From NCBI GenBank assembly GCA_963676615.1, contig OY781092.1, positions 1,120,001-1,184,000 on the forward strand: DNA of 64,000 bases, given 5' to 3'. The notes beneath the pieces are model-generated. The model did not search any database, was not told where the DNA came from, and was given only the letters and a program-made list of their open reading frames with translations. Positions 1 to 9,675 of the stretch are shown in pieces. This DNA is from Candidatus Cloacimonadota bacterium (GTDB lineage: Bacteria > Cloacimonadota > Cloacimonadia > G963667145). A program made the translations under genes and the position numbers. Positions within the stretch are counted from its first letter, which is position 1, and every line of letters starts with the position of its first letter.

Positions 1-542
1 TGCTTCCATTCATCTATATATTTCCTTCCATGCAATTCAGGAGACACTATACAAACTTTTTTACCGTTCTCAATATGTTTTTTTACAATCTCCTCCGATA
101 TCCAATGATTCTCAAATTCATCAAGCCACACTCCATTTGCCTTTTCATAAAAAAAAGGATTTTTTTCATACTCGCTCATCCTAGTAAAAAAAATAATCTC
201 TTGCTTAGAATATTGGAGTGTCTCTGGGGCAGACATATCAAAAACAAAATAATTTTGAATATTATACAACTCAAGCAGATTTTTTAATTTCACCTGCAAT
301 CCATCTGATTTAATATTTAGTGCTAATGGCAAGAAACAATTATATTTATTATAAAGCTCAAACAGTTCATTTACTTTTACACTGTCTGCAACAGCCATAT
401 CATGAGACACAATAAGAGAACCATTACAATCTCTAATATCAGTCTCTATTCCAAAACCAAAATTAAAGCTTCGCTCAAAGGCAGAAAGTTTGTTTTTCTC
501 TTCAAAAGATTGCCAAAATCCTCTATGTGACATTATTAACAT
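1..542 (-). CDS. Glycerophosphodiester phosphodiesterase / PI-PLC-like TIM-barrel protein, 3'-truncated by the window edge (not in ORF track)
   Basis: Manual translation from ATG 542: MLIMSHRGFWQSFEEKNKLSAFERSFNFGFGIETDIRDCNGSLIVSHD...ALNIKSDGL...VSPELHGR. It has the HRG, N, ETDIR and SHD motifs of the GDPD fold and is open to position 1. The ATG overlaps the upstream TAA (TAATG). AT-rich. Confidence 0.8.
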   Translation of the reverse strand, partial: MLIMSHRGFWQSFEEKNKLSAFERSFNFGFGIETDIRDCNGSLIVSHDMAVADSVKVNELFELYNKYNCFLPLALNIKSDGLQVKLKNLLELYNIQNYFVFDMSAPETLQYSKQEIIFFTRMSEYEKNPFFYEKANGVWLDEFENHWISEEIVKKHIENGKKVCIVSPELHGRKYIDEWK

Positions 543-1582
543 TAAAACTTAACCTTTCTAATTCTCTTCACCAGCCAATCCATATATCTGCGTTCCGTTT
601 CCGAAATCGTATCGCCATAATTCACCCGCAAATTTCTGTTTTGGTCAAAAATCGGACCGACAAAAATTTTCGCGCTGTCCACTCTACCCAAAACATTCTC
701 CAGCGTGGCGATTTTTTCCTGATCAATTTTCGTGCCAAATCCCACAAGCCCCACCGCCTGCTCACGCATCCCAAAATCGTAATCTGCCCGCAAACTATCC
801 AAAGCAAAATCTTGCAAAGCGGTAATCCACACGGGGTCATAATTGTAAAAAAAGCTCGCCAATCTGTTCCGGTCATCATCTTTACCAAAACCGATAAACG
901 GCACCCGAAGCCGCTTCACCGCTCGCTCCAGCTCAAAATCAACATCGCCCACAACCAGCAAACCATAATCGTCCACAGGCAAATCTTTTAGCTGCTTTGC
1001 AATCGGCAAATCCTCGCTATTTCCGAGTTTATACCAAACCATTTTCGCCAGCGGATCGACAAACTGCGCCCCCAGCATAAAAGCGTTAATTCCCGCAAAA
1101 GCGTCGGCGGAAACAGAGTCGCAGCTAAGGTAGGCAAAGTTGTGATTTTCTGTGAGCAAACAAGCCACCGCGCCTGCCAAATATTGAGCTTGGCAGCGAT
1201 CAATCCGCGCCACTGTTGCATTTTCACCATATTTGAACTTGCTAAAAAAAGTGGTATTCCCAAACTTTTTCGCCAATTTTTCGCCAAAAGCAAAATCGTC
1301 CACCAAAAAAATCGGGTCGTAACCGACAACCGCCATCTGCCCAACAACCTCATACATCTGCTGATTGTCCGGCACAACCACGCATCCCGGCGACTTGACA
1401 AAATTCAGCCTTTCCACCTCTGCCACAAAAGGTCGATAGAGCCTTGGCACACTGTCCAAATTAACGACCGCTCCCTTAAAAACAAAAGCGGGCTTCGGCT
1501 TTTCAAAAACCTCTTCTTTTGCGCAAGCGGACAAAAAACACAAACCAACCAGCAAAAAAACAAAACTTCTTAAAACTTTCAT
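542..1582 (-). CDS. BMP-family (basic membrane protein / PnrA-like) ABC substrate-binding lipoprotein
   Basis: Lipobox LSAC. Segments QAQYLAGAVACLLT and GINAFMLGAQFVDP resemble the BMP family. Confidence 0.7.
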   Translation of the reverse strand: MKVLRSFVFLLVGLCFLSACAKEEVFEKPKPAFVFKGAVVNLDSVPRLYRPFVAEVERLNFVKSPGCVVVPDNQQMYEVVGQMAVVGYDPIFLVDDFAFGEKLAKKFGNTTFFSKFKYGENATVARIDRCQAQYLAGAVACLLTENHNFAYLSCDSVSADAFAGINAFMLGAQFVDPLAKMVWYKLGNSEDLPIAKQLKDLPVDDYGLLVVGDVDFELERAVKRLRVPFIGFGKDDDRNRLASFFYNYDPVWITALQDFALDSLRADYDFGMREQAVGLVGFGTKIDQEKIATLENVLGRVDSAKIFVGPIFDQNRNLRVNYGDTISETERRYMDWLVKRIRKVKF

Positions 1583-4152
1583 CTATAATACTTTATCATC
1601 ACTTTTTGTCGATAATCTTCCAACCATCGCTCGCACAACCGATTCAGCTCCCCAGAAAGATAATCGTTCCTTTTTTCGTTAAACTCCTCTTTGCTCAAAA
1701 TCGTCCGAAAGTCAACTTTATACAACAAATATTTCCCGCAAGACAGATAAATCGCGGGACGAAACTTCGCCAGTTCACCCTTCATCGCCAACTTGAAAAT
1801 CTGCTCATTCTCCTCACTGGTCGTCCACGGAATTTTGTTATCCACCGAAAAATTTTCCAAACTCTGCAAACCGCCCAAATAGGTCAAAAATTTCTGCGCA
1901 TAATAGTCGCCATTGTTCAAATTCTCCCGAAAAACGCCCAAAAATTTCCGCGCATTCTCCTCGTTTTTCTCAACCTCGATATGCTCGACGATCTGCGACT
2001 TCACCTGCTCAAACGGCATAACCGCCGACTTGTAGAGCTTATCCAAAAAAAACACCGCATAGCCGTCGTCCAGCTTAAAAATCTTGCCATACTTTTTTTG
2101 CGCATACATCTTCACAAAATCGCCCTCATACGGCATCAAATTGCCCAAAAACTCGAACGGCTCGACAATCGAATGAAACTTCGTCTGAAAATAAAACGGC
2201 GAATCTTGGTAATTTTTGAGGCTGTTATACCAGCGCACCTTGTCGTTCAACTCCGAAATCTTCGCCAGCGCAAGCTCCTTTTCCTTCTCCTTTTTCAACT
2301 TTTGCCGAATAAAATCTTTCGCCTGCTCCAAACTCAGATAGCTCTCACTAAAATTTTCGCCTTTCCTGAGAATCAGCCAACCATTTTGATAATAAAACGG
2401 CTCACAAATCTCGCCGACACCCAAATTCTCGATTTTTTCTTGCAAAAAAATGTCCAAATCGTCATAATCCAAAAAATTTCCAGACAAACCCGCAAAATCG
2501 TCGCCAAAACATTTTTTCAGATAAGAAAAATTGTCCTCATTCAAAATCTCCGCCAAATATTTCACAAAATTTTGCTCAATCTTCGGCTCGTCCATAAGGA
2601 AAATGAAATCGTAGCGCTGCTTGCCTGCCGTGGCAAAATCGGCTTTGTACTCAAGGTAGTAATTCTCGATTTCCACATCCTGAATCTGCACCGTGTCAAA
2701 ATCCGCAAACCTCACCAGCAAACCGCTGATACCCAGTTGCATCGGGCGCTGAAACTTGCTGAAATATTTTTTGTAATACTTTTCCAGATTATACTTTTTT
2801 TGCTTTTGCTCGTCCAACTCAACATTGTCGTAGAGATAATTTTTCGCCTGCTCGAAATCGGGCAAATACGCCGAATTATAGACAATCGTGTTGTAATGGC
2901 AGATTTTGTCGCCATCTTTGATGCTCCCGAACAAAACGCCCTTGTTAATCCGCTGCCGAATTTGCTGCGTCAAATCGCTCTTATCAGCAAAAAACCGTTC
3001 CAAAAAGAAAAAAATCGTGGTATCGCTTTGCGCCTTTTCCAGCAACTCAGACTTTAAATTTCGCTCCTCTAGTTCCAATTTTTGCAAATAGTTAAGCGAA
3101 TCGAACTCAAAAAACTCAAGCTTCACACCAACTCGCTTGTCCGCCAGAGAGTAAAAATTTTCCTCATAATGCTTGCGATACGGATCTAGCTGGCTTTTGT
3201 CCTCTTTGGCAACCCACGCAATATAGTCGTGCAGAACTTTCTGGTAATCGCCATCTTCGGACAGATAATCGACTCGCTTTTCGTCCTTTTTTTTGATAAG
3301 CAAAAATCCGCTGGGAATCTCCCGCAAAAAGCAACTTGAGTCGCTCTCAAAAATCGCTTGCAAATCCACTTGCTCAAAGTCGGCAATCTGATCGCTGGCT
3401 CGAATATAGTCGGTGCTAAAAATCTGCCGATCGGGGCGAATGCCATCCTCCCACGCACTTGCCAAATCCTCCGCCAGCTGCCTTGCGACATTTTTGCGAT
3501 AGGTCTGCAGCCCCACTTGCCAGTCGTCAAACAAAAAGCTCAAATCGTCCGCCGACTTGTCCTCGTCATCCAGCACAATCGCATAATCGAACTTAATTTT
3601 TTTCAGCTTGTCGAACATTCCGTAATTTTCTTCGGCAAAATCTTCCAAATCGGAATAGGTGAAATTTTCGGGCAAATCGAAAAGCGACCAATCCGCCAAA
3701 ACATACGAAATGTCGATTTTCGCACTCTGAAGGAGAAACTCCTGCAAAATCGCCTTCACATCAACATTCAGATTCGATTTAATCAAATCCAACGCCTTAA
3801 TTTTGGTCAATTCCCGCTGAACCAGCGCCAAACTTTTCGACTTCTCCGCCCTCATTTTTCGCAAAGATGCCAAATCCACAGTCTGCCCCAGCTCGTCCTG
3901 AAAATACTGGATAATCTCCTGATTGGCAATTTTTATGCCCTGCTCTTTGGCGTAATCCAAAATCAGCTGCTGCCGAATAAGCCCCTCGAGCGCGCGCACC
4001 CTGTCGCTAAGGGAATTTTCCTGCATATACACATTCAAATCTTGCTTGGTCAAAAAATTTTTTCCGACACGAACCAAAACATCGGCGGAAAAAAGCTCGA
4101 AAAAGCAACCGATTATCAATAAAAAGCAAACTATTTTTTTCATATCAAACAA
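1579..4152 (-). CDS. PpiD/SurA-like periplasmic chaperone / parvulin-type peptidyl-prolyl isomerase
   Basis: Signal peptide. SurA-N-like ALEGLIRQQLILDYAKEQGIKI, rotamase-like LGVGEICEPFYYQNGWLILR, repeated F/LEQAK/VK motifs, C-terminal WLEDYRQK. Confidence 0.65.
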   Translation of the reverse strand: MFDMKKIVCFLLIIGCFFELFSADVLVRVGKNFLTKQDLNVYMQENSLSDRVRALEGLIRQQLILDYAKEQGIKIANQEIIQYFQDELGQTVDLASLRKMRAEKSKSLALVQRELTKIKALDLIKSNLNVDVKAILQEFLLQSAKIDISYVLADWSLFDLPENFTYSDLEDFAEENYGMFDKLKKIKFDYAIVLDDEDKSADDLSFLFDDWQVGLQTYRKNVARQLAEDLASAWEDGIRPDRQIFSTDYIRASDQIADFEQVDLQAIFESDSSCFLREIPSGFLLIKKKDEKRVDYLSEDGDYQKVLHDYIAWVAKEDKSQLDPYRKHYEENFYSLADKRVGVKLEFFEFDSLNYLQKLELEERNLKSELLEKAQSDTTIFFFLERFFADKSDLTQQIRQRINKGVLFGSIKDGDKICHYNTIVYNSAYLPDFEQAKNYLYDNVELDEQKQKKYNLEKYYKKYFSKFQRPMQLGISGLLVRFADFDTVQIQDVEIENYYLEYKADFATAGKQRYDFIFLMDEPKIEQNFVKYLAEILNEDNFSYLKKCFGDDFAGLSGNFLDYDDLDIFLQEKIENLGVGEICEPFYYQNGWLILRKGENFSESYLSLEQAKDFIRQKLKKEKEKELALAKISELNDKVRWYNSLKNYQDSPFYFQTKFHSIVEPFEFLGNLMPYEGDFVKMYAQKKYGKIFKLDDGYAVFFLDKLYKSAVMPFEQVKSQIVEHIEVEKNEENARKFLGVFRENLNNGDYYAQKFLTYLGGLQSLENFSVDNKIPWTTSEENEQIFKLAMKGELAKFRPAIYLSCGKYLLYKVDFRTILSKEEFNEKRNDYLSGELNRLCERWLEDYRQKVMIKYYR

Positions 4153-5219
4153 TAAAAACTCTCCACTCCGACCGCTATCGCTCTGCCGTCGGGCAAAAAA
4201 TGCTCATTGTGCAAGCCAAACTCGCTCACACCGCCTCCAAGCCAAAAAAGCAGCCCTGGATAGTGCGAACTGAACACACAAAAATCTTCGGCAGTGTACT
4301 CCTCCGACGCCTCTACAAACTCTACTCTCGCTGGCAAAGCGACTTTCCACTTCGCAAACAAATCAGCATCGTTGACCACCGGGGTCGTCGAAGCGCCGAA
4401 CCGTAAAGCTATCTGCACGCCAAATTCGCTCTCCACTTCGTCCGCCACAGTCCGAAACTGCAGGTTCAACTCTTGCTTGGCTTTTTCGCTCAAACTGCGA
4501 TGCGTGCCTTGCAACACCGCCTTTTCGGCAATAGCGTTGCGGACATTGCCCGCGCTCATTTTACCAACACAAATCCGATTGCTATCGGTTTTCAGCTTTT
4601 GCAACTTTCGCGCCAGCTCACAACCAGCCAAAAGTGCGTCTCTGCCGTCTTCTGGGCGCGCCGCATGCGCCGCTTTTCCTGTAATTTCAAAATCGAACTC
4701 CTGAGCCGCCGCAAAAATCGCCCCCACTTTACTCGCCACCTGCCCCACGGCGTAGCTCGGGCTGATGTGCAAAGCGATGGCTGCCTCTATATCATAAATC
4801 GCCAACGCTCCGCTATCTATCACCGATTGCGCCCCCAAGCCCAGTTCCTCCGCTGGCTGAAACAAAAACAGCAAATTTTTTGCGGGTCTGTTTTGAGCCA
4901 CTTTCTCGATCAAACCCAGAAGCACGCTCATATGCATATCGTGTCCGCAAGCGTGCATCCAGCCAAAGTTTCCAGAGGCGAACTCAGCGCCCGTCAGCTC
5001 TCGGAACGGCAAAGCGTCCATATCGGAGCGAAACAGCTTGTATTTGCCTGCGCCTTGCGAATATTCGACCAAAATTCCCGTGCCTATTTTTTTTATCACA
5101 AAGCAATCAAATTTTTGCAAAATGTTCAGCAAAAATTTTTGCGTTTCTTTTTCTTCATACCCTTTTTCAGGGATTTTGTGAAGTTCCTTGCGGATTTCCA
5201 AAAGGTCAAGTTTTTCCAT
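4140..5219 (-). CDS. M20D amidohydrolase (N-acetyldiaminopimelate deacetylase-like)
   Basis: RKELHKIPE, RSDMDALP, MHACGHDMH, FQPAEE, AEDF and LHN motifs. Confidence 0.85.
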   Translation of the reverse strand: MEKLDLLEIRKELHKIPEKGYEEKETQKFLLNILQKFDCFVIKKIGTGILVEYSQGAGKYKLFRSDMDALPFRELTGAEFASGNFGWMHACGHDMHMSVLLGLIEKVAQNRPAKNLLFLFQPAEELGLGAQSVIDSGALAIYDIEAAIALHISPSYAVGQVASKVGAIFAAAQEFDFEITGKAAHAARPEDGRDALLAGCELARKLQKLKTDSNRICVGKMSAGNVRNAIAEKAVLQGTHRSLSEKAKQELNLQFRTVADEVESEFGVQIALRFGASTTPVVNDADLFAKWKVALPARVEFVEASEEYTAEDFCVFSSHYPGLLFWLGGGVSEFGLHNEHFLPDGRAIAVGVESFYCLI

Positions 5220-5224
5220 TTTTT

Positions 5225-5584
5225 CTAACTAATTTCGGCTTTTTGCCCGGCATTTACGATTACCAAAAAATGCATACAGGTGGCTGCAAACGGAATGAAG
5301 TTCAAAAAAGGGACTAAATCGAAAACCAGCGCAAGTTGAGCAAACACGACCAGATAATTTTTCCCGACGATTTTTCCGCGCAATTTTGCCAAAAAAATTA
5401 ACGCCAACAGACAAAAAAAATGCACCCAAAAATAAAAGCTAATCCCGCTCATCACATACGAAAAAAGGGAGTTCGAGCCGTAAAGCGGCAGGATGTAGGT
5501 CGGCAAAGCCACCAGCAAATAGACAACGACGAACCCCCAAAAAGTGGCTACAATTTTCTTTAGTTCGTCTGCCAGCGCTTGCAT
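5225..5584 (-). CDS. Hypothetical membrane protein
   Basis: About 3 hydrophobic segments. GGAG RBS before ATG 5584. Confidence 0.6.
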   Translation of the reverse strand: MQALADELKKIVATFWGFVVVYLLVALPTYILPLYGSNSLFSYVMSGISFYFWVHFFCLLALIFLAKLRGKIVGKNYLVVFAQLALVFDLVPFLNFIPFAATCMHFLVIVNAGQKAEIS

Positions 5585-5653
5585 CAAATCTCCTTAAATT
5601 CGCATTTTTTCTATCGGTCAAAAAGCTGTTTTTTTTGTCAAACCTTTTTTCCG

Positions 5654-5721
5654 CTAGCCGTTCATCTTGTTCAAAAAATCTTCGTTATCACGCGTGGCTT
5701 CGATGTTTTGCATGATTGTTT
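5654..5721 (-). repeat. Duplicated 3' end of rho (direct repeat of 9676-9743), att-like island boundary
   Basis: 68 bp, 66 identical to the last 68 nt of rho including the TAG stop. Confidence 0.95.
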
Positions 5722-5757
5722 TTTCAACTATTTTCTACAAAAATATTTATAATTAAA

Positions 5758-5848
5758 GACCTCTCTGCCTCTTTATTTTGAAAAAAACTCTCATTCAATA
5801 GCCAGTAAACTATTTAAAATCTTTCTCAAAACAAGAAGCAAAGAGGTC
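5758..5848. repeat. Long imperfect inverted repeat downstream of the antiporter (possible terminator or stabiliser)
   Basis: GACCTCTCTGCCTCTTTATTTTGAAAAA pairs with TTTCTCAAAACAAGAAGCAAAGAGGTC. Confidence 0.6.
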
Positions 5849-5891
5849 AAATTGCACTAAAATCTAAATTTAGCAAGCCAAGATCTTGATT

Positions 5892-7283
5892 TTACCAAGA
5901 AATCAAAGCTATCAAAGCTGCGATAACCAACAAAATTGCCAGCAGTTTTTCTTTGGGGCTAAACACGGGCACAGCGGCTTCTTTCGCTTTTTTTCTGCGC
6001 ATCCACCAGTAAACAATAATTCCAAATGCAAAAATAAAGCTAGAGATACGCAAGTCAATAGGTGTGGAAGAAAAAAGCATCCAAAATCCATAAACAGAGC
6101 CAACAACGCCAATAAAAACATATTTTGCGTTCCCTTTTGCCATTCCTTCTTTAAAAATAAAAAAAGTTGTTAAAACATAAGGAATTACCACTATCGAGCT
6201 AGCAGACTGAATTATCACAAGATAAGCGTCGTTGGAAAGACGAGACAAAATCAAAGTCAACTGCATCACCACACCGTTGATGATCAAAGCTGTGACTGGC
6301 GCGCCCTTTTTGTTGGTTTTAACAAAAATTTTAGGCAAAAGATTTTCCTTGGCAGCGTCAAACGGAACTTCCGCGGTAATAATCGTCCAAGCAAGCCAAG
6401 CTCCTAGTATAGAGAGTATCACGCCGAGATTGATTAGCACCGCTCCCCATCTTCCGACGATAGCCTCCATCACATACGCAACAGAAGGACCATTGAGGTG
6501 AGCCAACTCCGATTGCGACATTATCCCAAAAGACAACACGCTCATAACCATATACAAAACAAGCGACACAATAAATCCAATCACACTGGCTCTGCCGACA
6601 TCTATCGCTTTTTTGGCACGACCAGACATCATCACCGCTCCCTCGACACCGACAAAGCACCAAAGAGTGACAAGCATTGCCGCCTTAATTTGAGTCCCAA
6701 CACTTCCTAAATGATCGCCTTTCCCAAAAAAATCGAAGCTTAGTTTATGAAAATTAAAAGCAAAAATTAACACGACAACAAAAACTGCCAACGGCACCAA
6801 TTTTGCAACAGTGGAGATTGTGTTGAGCAAAGTCGCACTCTCGACTCCCCTTAAGACCAAAATAGCAAATCCCCAAATAAGAATCGAGCCTCCAATAAAA
6901 GAAATCCAGTTACTGCCATTTCCAAAAACATGAAAAAAATAGCCAAAAGCGTCCATCAACAACACCGCAAAAGAAACATTGCCGATGCCCGCACTCAGCC
7001 AATAGCTCCACGCAGAATTAAACCCCACATAGTCGCCGAATCCCTCTCGAGCGTAGCGATGCAACCCTCCTGCTAGCTCTGGTCTTGTTGAGGCGAGAAT
7101 GCTAAAAGTGATTACCAAAAATAAGACCCCAACCCCTGTTATAAGCCAAGCGAACAAAACAGCGCCAGCGCTAGAAAAAGCCGCCGCATTTTGCGAAACA
7201 TTATAAGCTCCACCGCCTATCATTGAGCCAATCACAATTCCAATCAGCCCAATCAATCCTAATTTATTATCTTTAGTTGCCAT
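5892..7283 (-). CDS. APC-family basic amino acid/polyamine antiporter (ArcD/AaxC-like)
   Basis: IGSMIGGG in TM1, GFGDYVGFNSAWSYW, LWCFVGVEGA, about 12 TM helices. Directly downstream of the decarboxylase. Confidence 0.9.
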   Translation of the reverse strand: MATKDNKLGLIGLIGIVIGSMIGGGAYNVSQNAAAFSSAGAVLFAWLITGVGVLFLVITFSILASTRPELAGGLHRYAREGFGDYVGFNSAWSYWLSAGIGNVSFAVLLMDAFGYFFHVFGNGSNWISFIGGSILIWGFAILVLRGVESATLLNTISTVAKLVPLAVFVVVLIFAFNFHKLSFDFFGKGDHLGSVGTQIKAAMLVTLWCFVGVEGAVMMSGRAKKAIDVGRASVIGFIVSLVLYMVMSVLSFGIMSQSELAHLNGPSVAYVMEAIVGRWGAVLINLGVILSILGAWLAWTIITAEVPFDAAKENLLPKIFVKTNKKGAPVTALIINGVVMQLTLILSRLSNDAYLVIIQSASSIVVIPYVLTTFFIFKEGMAKGNAKYVFIGVVGSVYGFWMLFSSTPIDLRISSFIFAFGIIVYWWMRRKKAKEAAVPVFSPKEKLLAILLVIAALIALISW

Positions 7284-7286
7284 CCA

Positions 7287-9608
7287 CTACTCCTTTATGC
7301 ACAATATTTTAAAGTAAGCTTTGTCCCCGTCTCTTCTACGCTCAACACCATGAATATCGCTCTCATAACCTGGAATCTCATTCTCGAACTTTTCTCTTGC
7401 TTGCAAATAGTCCAAAATAGCCTTAGACTCCTTGTTTAAAAGCTCTCCACCCATAATGATAGGAATACCAGGAGGATAAGGCACCACCATCACAGCAGGG
7501 ACTCTCCCCAAAATATTCTCCAATTCCACATACTCCACATCGCCACGCACCACGGCTCTATAAGCATCTGCAGGCTTCATCATTTGAGTCGGAATATCTT
7601 GAAAGGCGTTTTGCATCATATTCAAAATGCCAACTTTTTTAAAGTAGTTGTGCATTTGACTACAGTGATCTTGAAGTCCCATATTTCCATAGGCTTCTGG
7701 GAAATTTTCTACCATTTGAGGGAAAACTTCACTCATTGGAGCGTTACAATCATAAAGCTTCTTAAAGTTGTAAAGCTCGGTAATCAAAGTCCCTTGCTTT
7801 CCTTTGGTCGTTCCAAGAGAGTTCAAAAGAAGGAAAGAGTAGTAATCTGATTTTTCACAAGTTATCCCTTTGCTTATCAAATAGTTCGTCACAATCGAAG
7901 CGGGAATACCTTTTTCAGCCAAACTGCCATCGGCATTAACCCCAGGGCAAACAAAAGTCAACTTGATTGGATCGAGCATCGCATAGTTCTCTTCCATATC
8001 TTCAAAGCCATGCCAGCAATCTTCGTTTGACATTATCCAAGGCTCTTGATTGGAAGCCAAATAAGTTGGGTCAACATCAGCAAAATCAACTTTCTTCCCG
8101 TCAACTTTCACAGTTTTCGGTTGCCAAAGCTCAAAAAACCAATCGTCTTCGTTTTTGTGTCGAATCTCTTCTTCTACTTTCACCATCGTTTGTCTCAACT
8201 GAATTGCTTCAAAAATAATTTGGTAAATAAGATCCTCACCACCGTCTCCCATCATCTTCGTTGCCACATCCAAACTTGCAATCATATTATATTGAGGCGA
8301 AGTTGAACCATGCATCATATAAGACTCATTAAACAAATCGTGATTTATTTTCCGCTCTGTTCCATTTTTGATATGCAACATCGATGCTTGCGAAAAAGCT
8401 GTCAGTAGCTTATGCGTAGAGTGCGAACAAAAAATTGGCGGATGATTTTTTGCGTTATCATCGTCAGTCATTCCAAAATGACCTTTATACATTGGGTTAA
8501 ACCTCGCATAAGCATACCACGCCTCGTCAAAGTGAAGATTTTCCACAGAATGTTGCAAAATCTCCTTAATGTTGCGCACATCGTAACAAACACCGTCATA
8601 GGTGGAGTTAGTCAAAGCAGACATTTTGACTTTTTTGCTCTTGCTTTCCTCTGGAATTAACTTGTTCGCTTTTAACTTTTTCTGAATGGTCTTTCCCTCA
8701 AATTCCGACAATTTTACAGGACCGATAATACCCAGTTTATTCCTCCGAGGCAACATATAAACAGGATAAGCTTCTGTTATAACCATCGCATAATTCAAAG
8801 ACTTGTGGCAGTTTCTGTCAACAAAAGCGATATCGCCAGGAGACACCTGAGAACGCCAAATAATTTGGTTAACATTTGAGGTGCCATTCAGCACAAAATA
8901 AGACATATCGGCGCCAAATACTTTAGCTGCTTGCTTTTCAGCTTCTCCTGTTACGCCTGAATGATCCAAAAGCGAGCCAAGTTCGGGCACAGAGATCGAA
9001 AGATCCGCTCTAAAAACAGCCTCGCCAAAAAATTTGTGCATTGCCACGCCAGCAGGAGACCTCAAAAAACCATCACCACCCATATGACCTGGAGTGTGCC
9101 ACGCATACTTGTACTCATCGGCATACTTCACAAGAGTTTTGAAAAATTTAGGATAAACGCTCTCTACATAACTGCGCAAATGAGTTTTGATCGTTCCGGC
9201 AAGAAAATCAACGGTGTCCATCGTTTTCCACATATAAGCGTTCACATAATTAAGACTTTTCGCCTTAATATCACCGATCTCATACCTGTCTGCAATCACA
9301 ATAATGGGCAATCTTTTGTTTTTTGCATTCGCAAATTTCAAAAAAATGTCATAAGAATCGGAAGCTTCGTTCGCAGAAGAAAACTTAGCGCTAAGCGAGC
9401 TCCAGTCAATCAAGACCAAACCAATATCTGCACTATTCCCCAAAATCTCTTTCCCATCCCCAAAATCGCGAGCCAAAACGACATCGCAACCATGATCATT
9501 TCTCAAGGCATCCACGATTTCACGCAATCTCTCGCCTTCGTTGTCTTTCACCTCAAATTCACTGCTAACCAACAAAATTGGCCAATTTTTAAGTTCTAAC
9601 TTTTTCAT
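7287..9608 (-). CDS. Fold-type I PLP-dependent Orn/Lys/Arg decarboxylase with N-terminal wing domain (AdiA/CadA/LdcC family)
   Basis: WHTPGHMGG, VLNGTS, DRNCHKS, HFDEAW, PLP-lysine motif HSTHKLL, STSPQY, PYPPGIP. Confidence 0.93.
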   Translation of the reverse strand: MKKLELKNWPILLVSSEFEVKDNEGERLREIVDALRNDHGCDVVLARDFGDGKEILGNSADIGLVLIDWSSLSAKFSSANEASDSYDIFLKFANAKNKRLPIIVIADRYEIGDIKAKSLNYVNAYMWKTMDTVDFLAGTIKTHLRSYVESVYPKFFKTLVKYADEYKYAWHTPGHMGGDGFLRSPAGVAMHKFFGEAVFRADLSISVPELGSLLDHSGVTGEAEKQAAKVFGADMSYFVLNGTSNVNQIIWRSQVSPGDIAFVDRNCHKSLNYAMVITEAYPVYMLPRRNKLGIIGPVKLSEFEGKTIQKKLKANKLIPEESKSKKVKMSALTNSTYDGVCYDVRNIKEILQHSVENLHFDEAWYAYARFNPMYKGHFGMTDDDNAKNHPPIFCSHSTHKLLTAFSQASMLHIKNGTERKINHDLFNESYMMHGSTSPQYNMIASLDVATKMMGDGGEDLIYQIIFEAIQLRQTMVKVEEEIRHKNEDDWFFELWQPKTVKVDGKKVDFADVDPTYLASNQEPWIMSNEDCWHGFEDMEENYAMLDPIKLTFVCPGVNADGSLAEKGIPASIVTNYLISKGITCEKSDYYSFLLLNSLGTTKGKQGTLITELYNFKKLYDCNAPMSEVFPQMVENFPEAYGNMGLQDHCSQMHNYFKKVGILNMMQNAFQDIPTQMMKPADAYRAVVRGDVEYVELENILGRVPAVMVVPYPPGIPIIMGGELLNKESKAILDYLQAREKFENEIPGYESDIHGVERRRDGDKAYFKILCIKE

Positions 9609-9675
9609 AAGAACTCCCCCTTTCTTTCTGATAGGAGGTAAATTTTAAGGTTTCTGTCAACCTTTTTTTTCGTCT

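Larger units (their letters stand above)
5722..9675. mobile_element. Putative horizontally acquired islet (decarboxylase + antiporter) inserted at the rho 3' end
   Basis: Bracketed by the rho 3'-end duplication. Visibly more AT-rich with different codon usage than the flanks. No integrase inside. Confidence 0.65.

Noticed and set aside
1519..3057. Long antisense ORFs (also 9742-11091, 32313-33773, 36059-37069, 37736-39076, 50045-51457)
   Set aside because: They are shadows of well-supported minus-strand genes, with no motifs or RBS.
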